The position numbers and the translations under genes are program-made. The notes beneath the pieces were generated by a model. It worked only from the letters and a program-made list of their open reading frames with translations. It was not told where the DNA came from and ran no database searches. Positions 36,996 through 50,385 of a DNA stretch of 64,000 nucleotides are shown here, in pieces; the first letter of the stretch is position 1; each line of letters opens with the position of its first letter. Source of the stretch: Octopus sinensis (lineage: Eukaryota); the NCBI RefSeq assembly GCF_006345805.1, contig NC_042999.1:14446001-14510000 (forward strand), written 5' to 3'.

Positions 36996-37599
36996 ATTTA
37001 TTCAAAGCTGAGGTTGCTCTAGATCCCTACTCTCAGCTTCCTGTTGCTACGATGTTCCTCAAGGGTCAGTCTCATTATAGGCAGTGTCCTAGTTTAGGAT
37101 GCAAAAATAAAAAGTGACAGGAAGGAAATGTGACAGAAAGGAAAGTGAGAAATAAAAAAAACAGAATTGACAACAATAAGATAACGAAGAAATGAAAGTG
37201 ATAGAAAGAGAAACAAAAGCTTGTAATGTTTTGAAATGGAAAAATATTTTAAATTAAAATATAATCTTCATTTATACAACAAATCATAATTGTAGATATG
37301 TCTTTCCAATTGATTACTGAAATTCATTGTACTACTTGCCGGTTTATCGAGATACAATTGAAACAATGGCTTTGCTTCTTCTACATTGTCATTTGCTATT
37401 TTGTTTAGTTTTGTTTATTTTTATGTCTTTTGTTTTTGTTTTTGCTACTGTTCAATTACCTTTAATTACCTGTTTGCAATTCTATCATCTGGATCAACGA
37501 AAATTCTATGAATGTTTTATAACTTCATGGATATAATTTTCATCAGATCATCCTATACCAGGATCCATGTTTATTATACCTTTAAGTGTGTCAGGGAAA

Positions 37600-38185
37600 A
37601 TGAGAGACGGTAAATCACTGAAGATAGTTGAAAATTTCAAATCCCTTGATGCCCGGACACCAAAGTACTGAAAAAGACATCGTAGCAAGGAAAGCTCTTG
37701 CCTGGAGCACATGCCATAAACTGAGATAGGTATGGAGTTCAAAGTTAGCAAGGAAATTGAAAGTCAGGTTGTTTCTGGCCACAGTTAAGTCTGTTCTTCT
37801 ATACGGGGCTGAAACATGGATGCTCACTAAAGCATTGAAGAAGCAGTTGGAGGGTTGCTATATGAGGATGCTTAGAATGGCACTCAATGTCTCCTGGAAG
37901 AATCATACAACAAATGCCGACTTATACCAGGGACTATCAAAAGTAACATTGAAGATATAGCATAGAAGGTTGAAGCTAGCTGGACACTGCATCAGACATA
38001 CCGATGAAATTGGTAACAAGCTAGTGTTCTGACAACCAACAGAAGGAAGAACCAAGAGGGGAAGGAGGGAGACAACCTATATTGACAATTTGCTGGAGGA
38101 TACTGGTATGGAAGGGTTACAGGAGCTGAGGACAATTTTAGAAAATCAAGACAAATGGAGAAAACGTGTGGAAACAGTCTTGGGG
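37600..38185 (+). pseudogene. RTE-clade LINE ORF C-terminal region, 5'-truncated and decayed
   Basis: KLKVRLFLATVKSVLLYGAETWMLTKALKKQLEGCYMRMLRMALNVSWKNHTTNADLY...RRLKLAGHCIRH...RGR..TYID; several in-frame stops. Confidence 0.9.
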
Positions 38186-39484
38186 TGTCTTGTGGGTTTA
38201 CCTAGATAGATTGATAGATATGTTTCTGTATTGGCCACACAGGGCTGAATACAGAGGGGACAAAATACAAAGTAGAGTTTTTCTTTTTGGGAAGGAAAAA
38301 AGGGTGGGTAGAATTTGGATCAAAAGGGATCGTGGGGAAAAAAAAATGGCCGATCAATAGGGATTGTGTATCACAGAAATGTCAATGTAAAAAGGGGGAA
38401 CAGATTAGGTTTATCCGTGGAAAGAAAAGCCTTTGGTAACTTTGGGCAATAATGTCATGAAAAAAACACATTACAGTGACTCGTTTTTCCTTTCTTTTTT
38501 TTGGTTTATAGGCTTATGCTCAAGCTGGCTCCGTCATCCTTGCTACATTCCCCCATCTTTTTTTTTAAACATTCACTAGACAAAACTTCTCTCTCTACTC
38601 TCACCTCCTCTTCAAGTGACAGACAGACAGATAGATAGATTGATCAATCAAGGGAAATATAAGGTGCAAAAAAAGAAAAGCCCTCCCAGATTGACAATTC
38701 TTTATAAATGTTTCAATAGTAAACACATAATTTACACTCATGCAAACATTAATAGTAACTAGAAAAATAAAATGGTAATGCATTACCTATATAATGACAG
38801 CATTACCACCTGCCTAACTTGACTAGTGCCACAGTGATGGCCGTGTCAAATGCAGGGTATTTTTCTGCTGCACCCTGTATTAAGTATTACACAGAATTAC
38901 TCCACTTCAAAACAATTTTTCCAGTAACAGAACAACAGGCAAAACTATTCCATGGCTTGCATCTTGACACATTCCAGTGAACACAGTTGGTTACATGTGA
39001 TATATGTAGCAATCCTGCCAAGCTTGTGAAGTGGACCATAGCAATTGCTGGAAATAAATGGTAATGTCAATGTGAGGCTTACACCTGTAGTATACAAACT
39101 AGTTCATTCTTTGAAAAGAAAGACAAAAAATATTTAAAAAAAGACAAAAAACAAAAAGACCATCACAGCTTACATGCAACTATTCAATAAATGTATAGTG
39201 TGTCTACTTTCATCTCTTTCACATTTTACTTTCCTGATATTTTGCAGCCTAAAATAGGATTTAACTTTTGGTTACTACCATAGTCCTCAAGGCAACTTTG
39301 AGGAATGTGATGAGAGTCATGGGAAACTCAAAGTAATTACAGTGACAAGTCTCAGTTTTGGATAAATGAATTAACTCTAGTACAGGCATTGACTAAATTT
39401 TAATTTCTCTCATTGGCATATTCATTCATTCAGCCATCCATTCATACATACATGTGCGTGTGTATATATATATATATATATAAA

Positions 39485-39710
39485 GGCGGCCAGCTGGCAG
39501 AATCGTTAGCACGCCGGGCGAAGTGCATAGCCGTATTTCATCTGTCATTGCGTTCCGAGTTCAAATTCTGCCAAGGTCGACTTTGCCTTTCGTCCTTTCG
39601 GGGTCAATAAATTAAGTACCAGTTACGCACTGGCGTCGATGTAATCGACTTAACCCCTATGTCTGTCCTTGTTTGTCTCCTCTGTGTTTAGCCCCTTGTG
39701 GGTAGTAAAG

Positions 39711-39713
<3 letters not shown>
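39485..39713 (+). mobile_element. SINE family B, full length (long-tail form)
   Basis: A-box-like TGGCAGAATCGTTAG at 39495, B-box GAGTTCAAATTC at 39557, core and tail; CpGs retained. Confidence 0.9.
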
Positions 39714-39747
<34 letters not shown>

Positions 39748-39862
39748 ATATATGAATAATATATAGTCTATTGACTAAATTTTTTTGCACTAGGCCACTG
39801 GTAATAAAAAATTTCTATAATTCTTATTACCCTAATATTATATATATATATATATATATATA

Positions 39863-39901
<39 letters not shown>

Positions 39902-40567
39902 TGTGTGTGTGTGTGTATCTAAACTTAAGCAAGCTGAAACTATACTGATTCTGGTCCTTGTGGCTGATGAGAGGTATTCTGGGCCTAATTGCCCTTTCTG
40001 TTTATCCTTTTATCATTTTCCCTCATGTTATCTTACTTTATATTTACCATATATATATCTATATATCTATATCTATGTGTGTGTGTTTGGATGTGTGTAT
40101 CAGAGAGAAACGGAGGCAAACACATGAACTCAAACACTTATACTAAAATCTCAGTGAGCAGGAAACGAAACTCAATGTAGTGTAACTGCTTAACAACTGA
40201 AAGCTACATGCTATGATTGCCAACACAGTGGGATTACTATTTCCCTTCTAACTTCAGATTGTTGCTTACAAAGGTGTAACATTTACCATTGTATATAAGA
40301 AAATCTTAGTCATGCATTCATTACAGACACACACTGTAGACTACCAATAGACTTATATGTTATTTCAGTTCATTATATTACGCACTTCCTATTGTAATTG
40401 TTGTCATGATGTATTGTAGATTTTACTGTGGTGTGTTTTTTTTATATATTTTCTTTACATTTCGATATCATGTTAAAGTTTATAATGTTCAGTACATGCA
40501 GTTGTAGCATTGTCAGTTAAATATTTATCACACATACTATATATGTGTGTATATCTGCATATATATA

Positions 40568-40634
<67 letters not shown>

Positions 40635-41134
40635 ATCATAGCATGTAGCTTTCAGTTGTGTGTGTACACATACATACACATATGCCATAAGGAGGAAGAA
40701 CTCAATACAGCTGCCAAATAACAAATTGTGGTGACTTAGAAGTTCAGTGTCTCTTAGTGATCAGTGTCTCTTGTTTTGTGCCAGGTGAGCATTCTTGTGT
40801 TGTGTATGTGTGTATATGTATGTATGTGTGTACGTACATCTTTTATAAATGCGTCATACACATTTATATATATGTATGTGTATGTGTTTATAGATACATG
40901 CAGACACACTCTCAAATCCATGTATATCAATATATACAAATGACTAATTGTGTATGTATGTGCAGACAATTGTGTGTGTATATATATGTATATTTATATA
41001 TATATACACCACCAGCATTATCATATTACATTTCTTCACCATTTCTATCTATGTAATACTTCTTCACATTATTTACAATCATAGCTTCCTGTCATTGTTT
41101 GGTTTGGTTGCTGCAGCAGCAGCAGTAACAACAG

Positions 41135-41175
<41 letters not shown>

Positions 41176-41479
41176 TGATTCTTTCTTTATTGGCCACCAG
41201 GGCCGAACACAAAACATAGAGGATGATACACAGATGAGGGGTAGTAAGGTTAAATGTGTTAGTAGCCAACAAACACAACGATTAACAAAGAGATTAAATC
41301 TACAACATGCTTCCCCAATAGGGGTGGAGTTCCACTGTAAGGTGACCAAAGAGACCTCATGCACTTTGGACCTCTTTACACCAACAGCTCCTCAAGAAGG
41401 CTTCTTTTTTTTAGTTTCAGCTCAGAGCTGCAGCCATGCTGATGCACCGTCATTAAATAATAATAATAATAATAATCTT

Positions 41480-41681
41480 TTCTACTATAGGCAGAAGGCT
41501 TCAAATTTTGGAGTCGGGGGTAAGTTGATTTCAATGCCCCCCAGTACATAACTGAAACTTATTTCATTGACCCCGAAATGATAAAAAGCTAAGCTGACCT
41601 CGGCAGAATTTGAACTCTGAACATAAGGATGAATGAAATGCTCAGCATTTTGCCTGGCATGCAAACGATTCTGCCTTAATA

Positions 41682-41718
<37 letters not shown>

Positions 41719-41930
41719 TTCTGTTATAGGCACAAGGCCTGAAATTTGGGGGAGGGGCATGGTCAATTACATCGTCCTGAGTACTCAACTGGTACTTAAT
41801 TTATCGACCCCCAAAAAGATGAAAGGTATAGTTAACCTTGGCAGAATTTGAACTCAGAACATAGCAACGGGCAAAATACTGCTAAGCATTTCATCCAGCG
41901 TGATGACAATTCTGCCAGCTCACCACTTTA
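41480..41930 (-). mobile_element. Two family B SINEs (short-tail form) with (ATT)n tails
   Basis: aataataat...ctataggcacaaggcctgaaattt...gaatttgaactcagaac, twice. Confidence 0.85.
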
Positions 41931-41956
41931 AAAATAATAGTAATAATAATCTACTA

Positions 41957-42058
41957 CCTAAGAGGCTGGAGGACATTGGAATTGATACATGTAATGCTGA
42001 CCTGCAGTGAAGTTCCATCCTGTTTACTGCAAGATTGCTAAGGAAAATTCTTGAGATG
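41957..42058 (+). pseudogene. 3' end of a restriction-like-endonuclease non-LTR element (R4/Dong-like)
   Basis: PKRLEDIGIDTCNADLQ*SSILFTARLLRKILEM resembles the LQK..L..TARILRKVL terminus; lies next to (TAA)n. Confidence 0.65.
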
Positions 42059-42189
42059 TGGAGAGACTTGATGTCATCAAACCTCAGAATAACATCTCTC
42101 TTAATTAAATTAGCAAGTAATAACTTTTGAATATTACTACTACCACTACTGTTGCTGCTGCTGCTACTACTACTACCACCACCACCACC

Positions 42190-42575
42190 TTTTACTTGTT
42201 TCAGTCATTAGACTACAGCCATGCTAGAGCACCACCTTGATGAATTTTAGTTAAATGAATCAACCCAATACTTGCCTTTTTTTAAACCTGGTATTTATTC
42301 TGTCGGTGTCTTTTGCTGAACCACTAAGTTAGGGAGATGTCAACACATCAACACTGTCAAGCGGTGGAGCAGAGTAAAACACAGAACACACACACACGCA
42401 TGTAAATATATTATTTGACTGGCTTCTTTCAGTTTCCTTCTACGAAATCCGCTCACAAGGCTTTGGTTGGCCCAAGGCTATAGTAGAAGACACTTGCACG
42501 AGATGTCACACAGAGGGACTGAACCCTGAACCATGTGGTTAGGCATCAAACTTCTTATTAAACAGCCATGCCTGA
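42190..42575 (-). mobile_element. SINE family A, near full length
   Basis: Tail, (CA)n, CORE-like segment and head all present in reverse orientation. Confidence 0.85.
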
Positions 42576-42853
42576 ATGACCTTAGAGAGATTTGAACTCT
42601 GAATATAAAGAATAATGACAATAGTTAATAAATCCAATAAGATTGTAGATTTGAAAGATATCTCCAATGAAAATGTAAATGTATTGTTGTTGTTTTTGTT
42701 TTAAATCTAAATTAAAATGTTTATCAATTTCTTTGTCAGTTATTGATAATGAGTATAAAGTCAGTGTTGAAAATAAATCATTTCATTAATGAACTGAGAT
42801 GGCAGTTTACAGGTAGGCTGTTGAAAATGTGGCTGACAGAAACAAATGCAAAT

Positions 42854-43516
42854 GAATATTTATTGTGAAGATGGTGGTGAGCTGGCAGAAAAGTTAGCAT
42901 GCCAGGCAAAATGCTTAGTGGTATTTCGTCTGCCGCTACATTCTGAGTTCAAATTCCGCCGAGGTCGACTTTGCCTTTCATCCTTTCAAGGTCGATTAAA
43001 CAAGTACCAGTTGCATACTGGGGTCGATCTAATCGACTGACACCCTCCACCAAAATTTCAGGCTTTGTGCCTAGAGTAGAAATGAATATTTATTGTGAAG
43101 ATGGTGGCGAGCTGGTAGAAATGTTAGCATGCTGGGCGAAATGCTCAACAGTATTTTGTCTGCCGCTACGTTCTGAGTTCAAATTCTGCTGAGGTCAACT
43201 TTGCCTTTCATCCTTTCAGGGTCGATTAAATAAGTACCAGTTATGCACTGGGGTCGATATAATCGACTTAATCCATTTGTCTATCCTTGTTTGTCCTCTA
43301 TGTGTTTAGCCCCTTGTGGGTAGTAAAGAAATAGGTATTTCATCTGTCCTTATGTTCTGAGTTCAAATTCCCCCAAAGTTGACTTTGCCGTTCATCCTTT
43401 CAAGATCGATAAATTAAGTACCAGTTGCATACTAGGGTTGATCTAATCGACTGGCCACTCTCTCCCAAAATTTCAGGCTTTGTGCCTAGAGTAGAAAAGA
43501 ATATTTATTGTGAAGA
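42854..43516 (+). mobile_element. Two family B insertions separated and flanked by three copies of an 18-bp sequence
   Basis: GAATATTTATTGTGAAGA at 42854, 43084 and 43499; a monomer, then a dimer, lie between them. Confidence 0.9.
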
Positions 43517-44959
43517 AATGCATTGTATTTGTTTTCGGCCGTTACAAATTATCAGGAACACCTGTTCTGGCATTCTTTAGTGATTTGTCTGTGTGACTGA
43601 ACTTACTATAGCTACTCATGCCATAACTCTGAGAAGATTCACAGCTGGTCAAGTCAACAGTGTGTTGAGCTGTAAGCCGCAAAAGTTAATGGTTCATGAC
43701 TTGTCATTGGTGCCTCGCTGCATACAATGCTCTGTTCACTTAGCTGTGAATAAGCATTATGTATAAAGTGCATTGTGGCAAACAAGCACACAGCATAATT
43801 GACAAATGCATCGTTAGCTAGAAATACCATGTTCGAATTGTGTGTGTGCGTGAATATGTGTGAGGCTTGGAAGCTTTCTCGTCTGCCTAAGCTATTGTAG
43901 AAGTGCTCACACTGTAGCTTTTGTTTCAACCACTTGTAAAAGGGAGACGCTGGGATGAAATAAACTTTCAGCATTCAAAAACTAAATGATTTTCTTTGTT
44001 AGCTTTATGTCACTGTCCAATTATCTGAAGAACTTTTGTCAGATAAGATTTATACATTCTCAACAAAAAACTGGTGACTAGTTCATCTTCAGACCTGTAT
44101 ATATATATATATAGGTTTACTTATCCATCCATTCTTCCACAGATAGACAGAGAGAGAAATTAAAAGAGATGTATGTATTTATATATCTGTTATATTATGT
44201 GTGTGAATCAATTCATGTACACACTATAAAGATATGATCTACTAGCAGTTCCTACTTCATTTTGGAGACACATGTCTAGGAAGGTCTTTATGATATGCCT
44301 TGTGTCTTCAAGCTGTCTGCAGGCTGTGAGCACAAGATCTATTCTATTTGATAATCAGGATGCTTTTTGTTTATCAACCCATAAAAGGATGAAAGACAAA
44401 GTTGCCTTCAGCTGGATTTGAACTCAAAATGCAATGGTCTAGAACAAATATTACAAGGCCCTTGTGTTATTTGCTCTACCAATCTGCCAGCCTAAATTGG
44501 CACTTTCAATTTTTTTCCTTTTTCAATTATCCCCCAAAAGGACGAATGGCAAAGCTGCCTTCAGCTGGATTTGAACCCAGAATGTAAACAGCCAGAACAA
44601 ATACCACGAGTCATTGCTTTCTATTGATATTGATTTATTAATGTTTTTATTCTCATTGCTGTTCTTCCATGATTTGCTCAATGTAGAATCCCCCACCATC
44701 ATCGCCAGCACCACTGTTGTTTCTGTATGTACTTAGCCTTTGTTAAGTCCCTAAGATCCTTAGACCCTTGTAGCCAATGAAAGAAATCATTATTCAACTG
44801 CAAACAATCTGAAAGGTGACTTATTGTACACAGTGAAATATATTTAACACCATTGCTTAGGTTCTACAATACTTTGCCATTATCTGGTAACTCTGGTAAA
44901 ATTAGTGGCTTAATGGAAACAGAGTCGAGTTTGCGTATAGTAATATAATATTTATGCAT

Positions 44960-45357
44960 GGATACATGTGTGCGTGTGTGTGTATGTGTGTGTAATAATG
45001 CAATATAATATACATGTAAGGCGGTGTCTGTTTGTGTGTGTATATAACAGTGTTTATATTTCATATTTTCAAAACTGTAGGAGACATTTTTATTTATACT
45101 TTTTTTTATATAAAATAGCTCATGTACTGTATAGATTTCATCTACACACACACACATACATACACACACATTTCCTCTATACATTGATATATATATGTAT
45201 ATATATATGTGATATATGTGTGTGTGTAACATATATATATACATATATATATAATGTGTGTATATGTGTGTGTGTATGTATATATATAATATATATATAT
45301 ATATAGGTATACATATGTGTGTGTGTATGTATATATGTATATATATATATATAATAT

Positions 45358-45402
<45 letters not shown>

Positions 45403-45522
45403 TATATAGGTATACATATGTGTGTGTGTATATATATATGTGTGTGTATGTATATATATATATATATATACACATATATATATAGGTATACATATGTGTG
45501 TGTGTATATATATATGTTTGTG

Positions 45523-45560
<38 letters not shown>

Positions 45561-45620
45561 CACATATATATATAGGTATGCATATGTGTGTGTATGTGCA
45601 TATATAATATGTATGTCTGC
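44960..45620. repeat. Compound TA/TG microsatellite
   Basis: Recurring tataggtatacatatgtgtgtgtgtat units. Confidence 0.9.
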
Positions 45621-45964
45621 ATAGTTTTGACCTCACTCGTCAGATATTATATTGCTTGGACGAACAGCAGCATTCTTAGAATATTAAAATAACTTTGTTA
45701 TAGAATACAGAGAACTTTGTTGACAGTATTAATATAACTGCTTCAAGTTTCATTGCTTAAACACATCAGGGTGACTTGCTTGTCCGTCTTTGTAAAGGGA
45801 TGCTAAGCCAATTAAGAGACTCTGATTCTCAACAAGTGCACTTATTTATATTATACGTCAGACTGAATTTAGAAGTTGGTAGACAGTACATTATACCTTC
45901 TGCTCTCTCTCTCTCTCTCTCTCTCTCTGCCTCTCTCTTTTGATTTTATTTTCACCAGTCTTGA

Positions 45965-46092
45965 GGATATATCTATCTATATCTATCTACCTATCTATCT
46001 GCCTATCTATCTATCTATCATATCTATCTATCTATCTATCTACATACCTATCTATCTATCTATCTATCTTTCTATCTATCTATCTATATATG

Positions 46093-46133
<41 letters not shown>

Positions 46134-46286
46134 GTCTATCTATCTTTCTATTTATCTATCTATCTATGTCTATCTATCTATATATATATCTATATATCTA
46201 TCTATATATCTATCTATATATCTATCTTTATACTTATCTATCTATATACTTATCTATATATCTATCTATCTATCTATATCTATCTA

Positions 46287-46290
<4 letters not shown>
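45965..46290. repeat. (TCTA)n/(TAGA)n tetranucleotide array
   Basis: About 320 bp of tcta repeats with variants. Confidence 0.95.
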
Positions 46291-46323
<33 letters not shown>

Positions 46324-48011
46324 TGTCCAAATGTTTTATGCATGTCACCCTATTTGGTAAAATTTTTGCAGAATCACTTAAAGACATCATTATTTCTCTG
46401 TCTAGGCCTGGGGTATTTTCAAGTGGTTGTTCCATTAACTTCCACATCCTTACACCTCGATAACTAACTACTAAATCACAAATTAACCTTCTACTACATC
46501 ATTATATCTATTCACATTTTATTCCTATTCACTTTCGAAAAATCTTCAGTCTCCCATTCTTTCTGACATTTCATAATTCTTTATCATTCCTTCTTTTGTG
46601 AGTAAAAATCAAGTCTTGAGAGTGAGCTGTCTACATAAGAATATATTATGGCAATCATAAACATTGGCAACCACACTATCACGACTGCAGCGGTGCTGGT
46701 GATGGTAGTAGTAGTGGTGGTGGTGGTTGAGGTGGTGGTTGGAGGGTATGATGACAAAGGCAACAGCAATAACTACTGCACTGATACAAAGCTTCTAATA
46801 TCATTTTTACATAATCATCAGTCTAACTGCCATTTTCGTTGAATACCTGAGTCTAAGATACACATAAAATTGGTTAAACCAATATCACTATTTTATTTCA
46901 CTATGGTTGCAGTTTCTGCTGCTTCTTTTCATTGTTATACTTGCTGCTGCTGCTGATGCTGCTGGTGCTGCTGATGCTGCCCCTGTACTTGTTGTTGTTG
47001 CAGTTGTTGTTGTTGTTTTTGTCATCGCTGTCATCACCATCGGCGCTGTCGTTGTTGTCAGTGTTAGCAACTCTGAAAAGAAAAGGCAATCAATAATTCA
47101 TTTATTTGGTCAAAGATTTAACCAAAAAAAAAAAAAAGAAAAAGAAAGAAAAAGGAAAAAGAAAAAAAAAGGAACAAAAATTTAAATGTAATAAAATGTT
47201 GTGCCAAAATTTTAATATCACAACTGTGATAGGGATTTAATAACAAGACAAGGAAGGATATCAGCAAACTTCTTTTGAAGTAAAGTTTTAAGCTAATTTG
47301 ATTAGCAAAAAAAAAAAAAAAAAAAGCAAGAAAAACCATTCACTTGGCACAATGTTTTGGTGGAATTGAATAAGATGATGGTGAGAGGTAGAAATGGATG
47401 GAAGTAGCAGCAACCAAAAGCACACACACAAAAAAAAAAGAGAACAAAAAAAAACAATTAAAAGATAACAATAATTATAATTTGAATGACCACAAAAGAA
47501 AGAGAGACCACTTTGTTTTGTTTTTTTTTTTGTTACTTTTTTTGTTGTATTTTGTTGTCATAATTCATTTTCCTGATGTGTGTGTAAATGTATGTATGTA
47601 TGTATGTATGTATGTATGTATGTGTGTGTGTGTGTGTGTATTTTTTTGTATTTTTTTTCTTTAACCTTATAATTACAATTTTGACATCAGTGTTTAGAAA
47701 GTGGAATTAAAAATGGATGGAATGAAAAGGATAAAAAGGAAAGACGGGGAAGAAATAAAGAATTAAAAATGTGACTTGAGGATTTTATTGAGAAGTAAAT
47801 GCAAGCTTTGCCAGGTTCCTTCACATCATCACATACACACACACACACACACACACATGCACACACACACGCACTCACATGCAAATGTATGCTGTAAGTG
47901 TGCAATGTCTGGGATATTGTTTTTTTCTTTTTTCCTTTTAGTATCATGCAATGCAGTGTGATCGACATTGGTTATTTTAAACTATTTTGTACATGTGTGT
48001 GTGGGGGTGCA

Positions 48012-48044
<33 letters not shown>

Positions 48045-48171
48045 ATGCAGGTATGTATGTATACATATGCATGAAACATATATATGTATGTGTATGCATA
48101 AATAAATGTGCATATATGTGTGTGTGTGTGTATATAAATATATATATGTGTGTGTGTGTGTGTTATACATA

Positions 48172-48207
<36 letters not shown>

Positions 48208-48696
48208 AGAAGGAAGCAGCAGCAACCAAAAGCACATTTAAAAAAAGAGAACAAAACAAACAAAAGATAACAATAATTATAATTTGAATTACCACAGAAG
48301 AAAGAGAGGGTATGTAGCTGAGTGGTTAGGATATTTGGCTCATGATTGTGTGTGTATATGTCTATACACACATAAATAGACACACATGCAAACACACTTG
48401 TTTGTTTAAGAAATTTATTTCTCAACTATGTGGTTCCAGGTTCAGTCCCACCGGATGGCATCTTGAGCAAATGTCATCTTCTATGGCCTTAGCATATACT
48501 GTGCTCAGGTGTTCTACAACTCATCAGAAAAGGTAAAAGTGGGTCCAGAAAGTAGTAATAAGGCCAGTAAAGTAAGACATCAATGATAACCAAAAGTGCC
48601 GGCACGGTACACAGGATAAAACCTGAGACAGCAAAATGAACGGTGAAAGAGCCATAAAAAGAAAAGGGTGCTTAGGTATGTCAGGGGTGGTGTTGG

Positions 48697-48797
48697 TAAA
48701 TTTTTAAAGGAAATTGTGTCCTGACATCTAACAACTGATGCAGGTAGTTTATTCTATGCTTCAACAATTTTGAGCATGAAAAATGTTTTCAAAAGAT
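48697..48797 (-). pseudogene. CR1/L2-type LINE ORF2 extreme 3' fragment
   Basis: KTFFMLKIVEA*NKLPASVVRCQDTISFKN resembles the FF..RVV..WN.LP..VV...S..SFK motif. Confidence 0.7.
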
Positions 48798-49681
48798 GAA
48801 CTAACTGACATTCACAACGTCTCTACCATTTTGATACTTCAAAATGTGTGTGTGTCTGTGTGTATACATATATAAATGTGTGTGTGTGTGTGTGCACATA
48901 TATAAATGTGTGTGTGTGCGCATACATATAAATGTGTGTGTGCATACATATATGTGTGTGTGTGTGTGCTTACATACATAAATGTGTGTGTATATGTATG
49001 TATGCATATATGTAGATGCATGTGTGTATATAAATATCTATCTTCCCATTTTTCTAGCTATCTGCGTTTTGTGTGTTTATATTTATGTATATATAATTGT
49101 GTAATATATATATATAATATATACATTATATACACACATACATGCTGGTGTATGTGTTTGAATATATATATATCATCATCATCATCATATATATATATAT
49201 AGACACACATGTACCTACAAAAATACCTACATACATGGATATCATAAATATACACAGAAAGATGTAGTTATATAAATAGACATACAGATTGACAGATATG
49301 TGTGTATATATATGATACTTTCGTCTTTCCTTCCACTAATATCCATAAAATACATAGCAGTCATGTTCTGGATCCAATTTAATTGACTCCACTCACTTCC
49401 ATACAAATTTGTGGCCCTGTGCCAATGCTACAAATCAATATCATTTACATAAAGATCGTTATAACTTCATATTTTATACGTACATTTAAATATTTATTCT
49501 CCTGAAAGGATGCTCGTTAATTTGATGTAGATGCACAGACATGCTTACTCATTCACTGCACTGCCACTGTAAATGTATTTTTGTTGGGTGCATATTCAAT
49601 ACTCTCACAAACTAAATGACTAACGCATGTAAAGCTTGGTGCATGTGTGTATATATATATATGTGTGTGTATATACACACA

Positions 49682-49822
49682 CAAGGGGGAGCTGAAAAGT
49701 TCTTGGCTTTAAGGGTATTGTGAAAGCCCAACCTTCCTAGTTCTGTTACAGGGCTTAGAAAAACTGAAGGACCACAGCAATAAGTGTGTGAATCTGAGAG
49801 GGGAATATGTTGAATATAAATC
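49682..49822 (+). mobile_element. Internally deleted mariner relic
   Basis: caagggggagctgaaaagttc TIR-like end; GLEKLKDHSNKCVNLRGEYVE resembles the mariner C-terminus. Confidence 0.7.
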
Positions 49823-49909
49823 TTCATCATCATTGTTTAACGTCCGTTTTCCATGCTAGCATGGGTTGGACGGTTCAACCGGGGTCTGGGAAGCCAGGAG
49901 GCTGCACCA

Positions 49910-49940
<31 letters not shown>

Positions 49941-50207
49941 CATGTGTATATATCTGTGTGTGTATGTGTATATATATAATGTGTGTGTATGTGTATATAT
50001 ATATGTGTGTATGTGTATATATATAATGTGTGTATGTGTATATATATATAATGTGTGTGTATGTGTATATATATGTGTGTGTATGTGTATATATATAATA
50101 TGTGTGTGTATGTGTATGTATATAATATGTGTGTGTATTTGTATATATATATGTGTGTGTGTATGTATATATATATTTATATATATGTGTGTGTGTGTGT
50201 GTATGTA

Positions 50208-50385
50208 TATATAACCATCTGTCATTTCTTCTGTTAACTTTTTGATCTTGGTCGGAGTTTTTCTTGTTTGAGAAAAACGAAATCAAATCTTCTTCTGGTG
50301 GATTATTCAGTTTGTTTAAGAGCTTTCTAGATCTGATGTTGTCATTTTCTTTTGCTTTTTCTGACAAATTGGCCTTCCACACAGT
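50208..50385 (-). pseudogene. Tc1/mariner (maT/DD37D-like) transposase fragment around the first catalytic Asp
   Basis: LSEKAKEN..IRSRKLLNKLNNPPEEDLISFFSNKKNSDQDQKVNRRNDRWL, cf. FFSDEK.F....N..NDR.W; the DE motif is mutated to NK. Confidence 0.7.
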
